64,000 nt of DNA. Origin: Trichoplax adhaerens (taxonomy: Eukaryota; Animalia; Placozoa). Positions 55,784-64,000 of this stretch are shown piece after piece. Made by a program: the position numbers and the translations under genes. Location of the stretch: assembly GCF_000150275.1 (NCBI RefSeq), contig NW_002060943.1:4422008-4486007 (forward strand). Direction: 5' to 3'. Each line of letters begins with the position of its first letter. The first letter of the stretch is position 1. The notes below the pieces were generated by a model, which worked only from the letters and a program-made list of their open reading frames with translations, was not told where the DNA came from and ran no database searches.

Positions 55784-57244
55784 GTTATGAATTCTATGTA
55801 TTGCGTGCTATATTACTGTTACAATTTTTTATTTAGTAATGTAAATATCGTATAAAATTATTAAAGTTATGAACAATTTTTTTAATTTGTAATAGTGTGA
55901 TCCATAAATATCCACAGCCTCTCTGATCGTTTCGTAATGCAATTATGCGATTGTGTATCGCAGGAATGGCGAACTAATCTTGAACACTTTTCTTGGAGTA
56001 TCGGTTTTCGGCTTGCTGATCGATTCGCAATAACACGCCAGCTGACTAATGCACGTTGATTTGCAGTTATATTTGTATATTAAACGCGTCCTAACTGTTG
56101 GTTGACATAATATAGACGGCACAAATTGGTATCCGCCTAAATAATAGTTGTCTGAATAATTTAAAAAATCTGTGTTTTATATTAAATAATATAAATAGGC
56201 TTAACTAGGAATTGAATCCATAAATACGACGATATAATACCTCAATAAGCGATTGGATATATTATGCAATTATAGCGACATTCTAGAGAACCTACGCTCA
56301 CAAGGGTGTATACTGTGCATACGTGGAGTATAATCTGCAATGATATTTATGTATATGTCAACAAATCTAAATAAACATCTACAGATTACTATATCAACAA
56401 ATGTATATGTCAAATATAGAATGCCCGGGTCCTTACATGGACCGTGACACATATACCCGTACTGTACTGTACATGTATAATGAAGATAAGCAGAAGACAT
56501 GTATCAGTTCTAGCTTGGCTGTAGTGTATACCTAACTATCATACTATGATAGCACTGTAGGCAGCCTTGGTGATTTCCTTTCCAATGTACAAAGTGTAAC
56601 CTTAAATGCATTGATGTACTTCTATCATTTTGGTTAACAGCTTTTCCTTCCTTTGAAATAGCAGCAACCAGGTTGCTTGGCTAATTTAGCTATTCACAGT
56701 TAAAAGAGTTATAACCGTGCTTTGAGCGCCAGTAGTATTTTAGTCAAGATAGTACCGATGTTATCCGAAATCATCAAGGGGAAAGCTGCTAATAGAGAAG
56801 TCTTGACCCATTCTGGGTAACTTTGACTATTTGCGGTCTAAATCCTATCGTTCTCTTTGCCATGCTGTCGTAATAACTTGGCACTGCACCTTTTACAGTA
56901 TTAAATTGTTGTAAAAATATGTTATGCTTTGTTTCATACGGATCCCTATATAAACACTCTCACTGCATATGAATACCAGTAAGCCACATTATGGTATACA
57001 GACGTTTCTATTACAGAGCACCATCAAATCATACAGAATAACTAAGTTGGTAAGCCTTAATTAAACAAGAGCAATTTCCAAGCCCTCCTAACTTCAGGCA
57101 TCGCCCACTTCTCAAAGCTAGGTCATGGTAATGCTGGCTTAAAGGGAACCATAATAGTTATCTGACAAGAATCTGAGATTTACGCGTTTAGATGCCTTTT
57201 TACCAGGTTGGAGTAAGTGTATAGTAGTGACTGGATCGTGTCAA

Positions 57245-60135
57245 ATGCATATTGCAAGGCTTTGGAAGAGGCTGAGAGTGCCGGCAAGTGTTCGAGATGG
57301 CTACTCGCATTTACAACATGGATTGATCAGGAAAGCTAGTCCAATTCATCAATGTGTTCGACACATATCCATTGATGCCTGCAGATGGAATCCAGAAGAT
57401 AGACGAGGACAAATTGACTTGCCAACTCCAATTGATCCAGAAGTTCAATATGTTAATGTTCAAACTAAGAATTTAGGTGTAACAAGTGTGGACTATATTA
57501 AAGCTAGCTATACCGATGAAAATCCTACTGGATCAGCTATTGCTATTGCTGTCCACGGTTCACCAGGTAAATTGTTCAAATTTGACCTATTTAAAAGGGT
57601 TATAGAAGTGAGAAACAATTCCATAAAGTCAATTAGTATTCTTGTTAGTGCTATCTTTCTATTCCAAATTATTGGTCATGAACAGATGATAAAATGAAGT
57701 GAATTGAGCATGAGAAATCTCCCTCGATGTGTAAAGCACTTTACTACGACATTGAAAGTTTCTGGATAGGTTTGCATCCAGAATACTGTCAAAGTAGTCC
57801 AACCTAATGACAAAGGCTATTCCACCACGGCAGTATAATGATGACGACATAGATTGAAAGAATCTACTCTGTTTGCATTATCTAAATTCTTTACAGTTCA
57901 ATATCATGAAAGACCAGCGTTCTGCTTCTATAATATTAGTTGAGGATACACGGTAATTGACTTATTGTAAAGTCCTCTTAGGTACGGTAACTAACTAAAA
58001 TCCATTCATTGCACTTACTGCATCTTCAGTTCTTAAAATATTTCTCATGGTAATATGAGAATATTTTAGAGCATGTTTTATAATGAATTGTATACAGTTC
58101 TGGAAATATTATGAAAGAATAGAAGTGAGCTTACTAATTTGGATTAGTTATAGTTAGTGCTTTGCCCCAAGTACACATTAAATACTAATGTCTTTCAGGG
58201 AGTATTTTGCAATGCCCACTAGCGGAATGCTGCAGCTAAAATGACTGTCGATATCGCTGAAATAAAAGAATGTTGAACGCTTACTGTATTTTGGCATAGA
58301 AAGATCTACGTTGAGGCTGCAGCGAACGGATCAGTTGAAATCCCTTGTTCATGTGGAATCATTTTCTACCGTAGATTCGTTTTAAGTCTCATGTCGGAGT
58401 AATGAAATAGCATCGGAATTGTCCGAGTAGCTTCGACAATTGAATAGCTAATGTCGGTCTAACCTGGGAGAATTGACGGATAATACAGATACTACCCTGA
58501 ATAATTCCGAAATTTCCAATGCTATTCACTAAACGATATTAACCAGAACTATTGCTATGCTACCTTTCTACTGTATATGGCTAGAAAATATCCCCAAGGC
58601 AACCTTAATACTGTAGTAATAGTCATGTCATACTGATTTCGACCAAGTTCCAGCTTAGTATATTGTCTTGATGTAACTAGAATTCCCACGTTGTGCTTAA
58701 ACTGCTTAGTCTTCTAAAGATTAAAGAATTAATGTCTATGGTCTGTTTGTTAAACTAACGACTTTTAAATACGGCGATAATCTCTGATTGTCTAATATCT
58801 ATCTATCAAGGAAGCCATTATGATTTTCGTTATATGGCGCCTCTCTTATCAGAGGCTGGTGTTAGAGTGATCCGAATTAATTTACCAGGTTTTGGACCCA
58901 CTATCAAACCTCCTGATTTCATATATTCGCCAGTGAATAAAGCAAATTTCATGGCCGAGCTTTTAGAAAGCATTGGAATTAAAAAGGTTGATATAGCTAT
59001 AGGACATAGCATGGGTTGTGGTGCTATTACCTCATTTCCCTCTACGCATCCCGGATTCGTTTCATCGTATGCTCTCTTAGCCAGCTGTGGTACCAGGCCA
59101 CATCGATCTTTACGTCCTTTTCCAAGTAAGGAAAGCATATTCGATTCAGTACCCCCAGCATAAATGTAGTTCAGTAGATTGCGCTTGTATGGATTCTCGA
59201 AAGTAGTTACGGTACCTAGTTTTGAAATTACCTTAGCAAAATTTAAGACACTATAGTAAGAAATTAATCGCATATTAATCAACCCCACTTTTAACCGTAT
59301 ATTTGTATATTCCCTCTGCTTTCCTCATCTTATAGTAATAAAACTGTTTGCGAATATGGTAAACTTACCGGTGATTGATAAACCGTCTGGTGCTTTATTA
59401 AGATTAGTGTATAGTAAGTTTTTAGGTTTCAAATTGGACAAATTAGTTAAAAATGAGATCGAAAATAGCCAACGACTATGTGGGGCAATGGATTTTGACT
59501 TTAACGCCAAAAATCTAAAATTACTTGGTGATCAGAAAACACCGGTCATTTTAGGATTTGGGCTTAATGATCATATGGTAGAACATGCAATTTTTGACGA
59601 AATGTCTTCCGTTCTTGGTTTAAGAACACTTTCCGAGATGTTGGCTCTTACTAACGACCAAGGTAGTCTCTTATTGCATTAACTAAACGAATTTAATTAT
59701 TGTAAATATGTAATATGCTAACATAGAACGTGACGAACTAGATAAATTATGACATAATTAGATAGTCTGCTTATAAATTTTCATTATCATTCGTTAATAT
59801 TTGTGGTGATAGTTTTTATTTACCGATAGCTGTACAAAACATTTGACTATGGTTTATTAGGAGTAACCAGCGTACTTTTTCTCGTATATGCTTTTGCTCC
59901 TGACGTGCAATTACATATGCAACATTATATCAACTATTACTTATTCAATGGAATTACTACCTGAAGTAACTTTCTATGACATGGTTTTGTAGGTAATGAG
60001 AACCCGCATTTGGCGTACGATGTAGCAACTGGCAAGTCTCGACAGTTGGTATTTCGTAGCAGTGGTCACTATATTCAAAAATTTCATGCACGTCATATCG
60101 CAAAAGCAATCTTACATCTTCTGCATGATTTGTAA
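57245..60135 (+). CDS. DUF1057-like alpha/beta hydrolase copy 3 (divergent, 4 exons)
   Basis: Exons ~57245-57566, 58811-59125, 59336-59662, 59993-60135. AIAVHGSPG-SHYDFRYM, INLPGFG, GHSMG, NDHMVE, SGHY. Same intron positions as copy 2. Stop TAA 60133-60135. Confidence 0.85.
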
Positions 60136-61270
60136 CTTATTTTTATATTTATTAGGAAATTTTAATTATAGCTATTTACATAGACATTAATTGCGAAGAA
60201 TCTTTAAATCTGAATTGATAGCTTTGATATAACGTGAAGATGATAGCCGATGCTAACACAATACTGAAATAACACTAACATTCGGTCCTCAGCTACAACT
60301 ACCGTTAGATCTATGTATTGAAGAAATTCAACATTTTATTGCTTTTGTACTCGTCAATTTTAATTAAACAGCTTCAAAATCGATTTTATATGCAGCAAGT
60401 TGCAAAATGTAACGTCAAACCTAGAGATTTGGCCATCAGTTTGTAGAACATTATTGATCTGGAGAAATGTTTTCATTGATTCTTGGGTATTAATATTCTG
60501 CTATCGTAAAACATATATGAAATACAGACAGTATCAACTGCCACGATGATTTATTGCTTTAGAGTAAATATTTTGATTATAATCCTTTGATAGAAAATCA
60601 GCATCTATTTTATTATATTATTTGCTTATATATCTGCAAAGTAATTGAGTAAACACAACGGTGGATCTACGGAATAAAACCAGTGTATAACATCAAGGTG
60701 TCTTAGCTGCTTTATTATATAGAAGTGGAACCCTACAAACAAATATCTTTCATAATAACAAGATACTATGTTAATAGTAAATCAGCTTCTAGGTCATTGC
60801 TCGTGAGAATTTCAGTTAACTAGTCTTAAGTGTCAATTTCAACGATAGCTCATTCAATCTCATGATATTATTATGCACTACCAGAGTATTGGATTTTAGA
60901 ACTAATCGAAAATAGCTAAAAGTAGTTGTGCCATGTAAATACGGAGTTGAAACTAAAAATTAGCATTAAACTTCAGATTGTAGGCAACAAGTTAATATTG
61001 ATGTACCTACTATATAATCGTACTCGAGTTTAATACGGTACGGTATCGTATAGGTGATGGTTGCTTTTTCCTAAATAAGGTAGTATTTGTAAATTTTTTT
61101 CACAGGGTACAATTATCCGAAACATATATCCCATGGTGATACAGTGAGCTTACCCTAGATCAAGTATTTCTGTCTTAAATTAAATCGTTTCGCTCGACTA
61201 GGTACTTTACTTTCATTAGTACTAGTCCAAACTCCCATCGCTTTGCTGACGGTTTACGATAATGTACCCA

Positions 61271-61832
61271 TTTGTTAATAATTAACAGATAGTATTACCA
61301 TTCGACATTATATATATCCTGGTAATAGCCGGGTACTACTATATTTAAAACAGATTGATTTAATGTACGTTCTGATCGTGCATTTCCACGTTGTTCACTT
61401 CGCTTTCGCCTATCAGATCGCTGACTAACTAACATTATCCTCTTAGAAACACTTTTGTTATATGATATATAGCAATCAAAAATAACTGGGACTGGGGAAT
61501 TACAGTAGGCTAACACTACGAAATGCATGAGAGCAATAGAACTAATAGTACCTACTGATGTGTATCAATCACTTTTACCCTCTCAATAATATTTACATAA
61601 ACCCTAGAGATCATTCTTTTCTATACCAATTTAAATTTCCTTAAGTAAATGTATTAGTATGTTTACCGAATAAGGATGGTTACTATAAGCAGTATTAACG
61701 CTATGTTAAGGTTGGTAAGCGAAACTGTCAAATATACGTTTATGCTCAATTTTTTAATAAAATTAACAGGTAGTATTATCATTCGATATTATATATATCC
61801 CGGTAATAGTAATGTACTATGCTATATTAAAA
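61271..61832. repeat. Pair of ~80-bp direct repeats ~480 bp apart
   Basis: TTAACAG.TAGTATTA.CATTCGA.ATTATATATATCC.GGTAATAG...GTACTA...TATATT.AAAAC at ~61271-61351 and ~61752-61832. Confidence 0.85.
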
Positions 61833-63435
61833 CTAGTTAATGGTCTAAAGCACATCATGATTTCTAATGTACTGTACGGTGATGGACATGCCAAGTTAAG
61901 ATTAGCAGGTACTGTAAGATATCTACAGTGCGGTACAATGTCCTTAGTAATGTGGTCAATTCTATACCAATCTTTATAATGTGTCCAAGGATTGCTTGCG
62001 TATGCAAGCAAAGTTGCTCTGTCGATAACAACCGTTATAAGAAAATGCAATAATCAAAATGGCTGAGTAGAAAACTCTATAAAGATTCTATGTTTATTCA
62101 ATTTTCATCAGAGTATTACATCAAATCAAAATTGAAAGGCCCAGTGACCACACTTAGCGATATAACGAATACTATTTCAAAAATCAATACTCTGTAGAAA
62201 TTACTACCTTAGAGCTATTCGTTTTACATGAAGAAATCTTGAGGTAAAAAGTACTGTAAGAATGTTATACTGACCTATTGAAATGAACCCATAATCAGAG
62301 TAATCTAACAGTAGTATAAATACCCCGCGCTGCTATTCGAGGGATGATGGGTGGCATTTTGAAATAAAGACTAATAAATTTTTGATATCTGAATAAGTAA
62401 AATCAATACTGCACGAGAGAATAATTTATTGATATTTATGTACTCATAATATTTCAGTATGTTGAATATTAAGAAGTACTATCGATAGGCAAGATCTTAA
62501 AATTAACTAGCATTTCTGTATATGGCATTCCATTCTCAAAATGATGTCGTAGGCAAAAAAGCTACTCTGTCTATTACAATAATAAATTAGATGCCAATAT
62601 AATGGCAACATCGATTATCGGTATAGCTATAAAATTAATCGATTAAAGATTATAAGATCCAGTATTTAAATAGTGATTCTGCTTTTACATTCATCAACTG
62701 AAATATTTTATGAGATCATTAAAGTAAACAAGTTTTTAAAGACTTCCCTTTAACTTTTGCATATATATGCTGTGGTTCTGACAGGAATTTTTGGCTTAAG
62801 TTCAAAGTGTATTAGATAAGGAAGTTTTCATTTTCAAGCGCTTCGGATTGCTGCCAATGTTCCGCACTAAATGAGATATATTTGAAGATATCAACAGAGA
62901 TATACCTCTAAGCTTGGCTAGGTATCCAATATTAGGATATTTTATGGTTACCGCCATACTTCCTATTTAAATTAACTAAAGTCGATATGATACACTAAAT
63001 ATAAACGTTGTTACCTATAGAAAGGGGTTTAATTATTGTATATTAACTTTATAGATATTTATGCCAATCAACTCGACAGGCAATATTATTTCAATAGTTA
63101 TGCTAATGATCTTTCTGAGATTTACGCTATTAAACTATTGCATTGGGTACAAATACAGTTTGTAAGTGAAATCATTTACGATAAAGCCACATTTATACTT
63201 AAACAATTTTCTGGTCTAGCAAATATCATCATTAAAGATCGAAAGAAAAAATATTTTTACATCGTGATTAAATCTAATAAATATCTCCTAAATTGCCACT
63301 CTACTAATCAAAGATCAATTTGTAATTTAATAATAAAAAAGTTAGTAACGCTGCTGTTGCCACTTCAAGGTAATCATTAGTGCTAATTGGAAAGTATTAT
63401 TATTATCATCCATAGCTGTGACATTATTCAAGGAC

Positions 63436-64000
63436 TTAGTTTTTCTTATCAGTAGTTTCCGATATTAACGACGCTTTAATTAAACTTTGCTTAATACGTT
63501 CCTTGTCAGGTCGTCGTGACCTTACCCATTGCGCTTTAGCTTCAATATTATGCAATTTCTCTTGCAGAGTAATATAATGTTCACCACATGATATGCAAAC
63601 AAGCTGGTCACGTTGGATATCATTAAAATATTTTATTATTTTGCCGTCTCCATCATATAACTTCCTTGCTGCTGAGGCTATGCTTAAGCGGCCAGTAGCA
63701 TCGGTTAGTAGCTCATCTAGGGTGGATCCAAATATAAATGTTGTCTTTTTAGGATCGGTACCATTCAGGTAAGCAGCTACTCTGATGGTTTTATGCTGTA
63801 AATATAATCGTCGGCTCATGGCTTCAGCTGATTTATTCACTTTATTAGCAGTAATAGCTGTAGTACTTTGAAGTTGTGATGCCTTTTCTTGTTCTAGATG
63901 GGCTTGAAGTTTATTGATGTTTCTACTCAATCGTTTTTCTAATATCCGATTAGAACTGGCAGATTTTTTATTGCTGCCGCTAACCGTCTGTACGCTAGAT
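63436..64000 (-). CDS. Terminal exon of a doublecortin-domain protein (DCDC1/DCDC5-like); 5' part outside window
   Basis: Frame open from the window edge to the stop at 63436. KTIRVAAYLNG...GSTLDELLTDATGRLSIASAARKLYDGDGKII...IQRDQLVCISCGEHY is a DCX-type domain. Confidence 0.72.
   Translation of the reverse strand, partial: SSVQTVSGSNKKSASSNRILEKRLSRNINKLQAHLEQEKASQLQSTTAITANKVNKSAEAMSRRLYLQHKTIRVAAYLNGTDPKKTTFIFGSTLDELLTDATGRLSIASAARKLYDGDGKIIKYFNDIQRDQLVCISCGEHYITLQEKLHNIEAKAQWVRSRRPDKERIKQSLIKASLISETTDKKN

Larger units (their letters stand above)
47640..56777 (+). repeat. Tandem segmental duplication (~4.2-4.5 kb units: ~47640-51860 and ~52240-56777)
   Basis: Promoter, exons, introns and ~1 kb of downstream DNA are alignable, from CAACTTACAT.GGCGTTG to GTTATCCGAAATCATCAA. 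Confidence 0.92.

Noticed and set aside
58830-59510. Minus-strand ORFs of 152 aa and 61 aa (also 54230-54445, 46717-46944, 11055-11249, 11596-11820)
   Set aside because: Antisense to well-supported exons.

Overview
AT-rich, intron-dense eukaryotic (animal) DNA with short GT-AG introns. The compactness and gene content suggest an early-branching metazoan, probably a placozoan such as Trichoplax (inference only). Genes reconstructed by hand-splicing: 3' part of PPP4R4 (+), FoxN1/4 with polyQ (-), RUVBL2 (+), two tandem WSCD-family sulfotransferase-like genes lacking WSC domains (-), LRRC74 (LRR + EF-hand, -), COMMD9 (-), a clan-3 cytochrome P450 (+), three tandem DUF1057-like alpha/beta-hydrolases (+; the first has an internal deletion) and the last exon of a DCDC1-like gene (-). 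The most striking unexplained structure is a set of dense, orientation-flipping (GTACA)n/(TGTAC)n 'islands' that sit almost only at the 5' ends of FoxN, RUVBL2, one WSCD paralog and the divergent COMMD9/CYP pair. Other points of interest are degenerate catalytic motifs in the sulfotransferase pair, two GC-AG introns, an RFX X-box upstream of LRRC74, and tiny TIR/TSD insertions exposed by local duplications. No tRNA, rRNA, CRISPR array or intact transposon was found. Exon coordinates were read by eye and may be off by a few bases.
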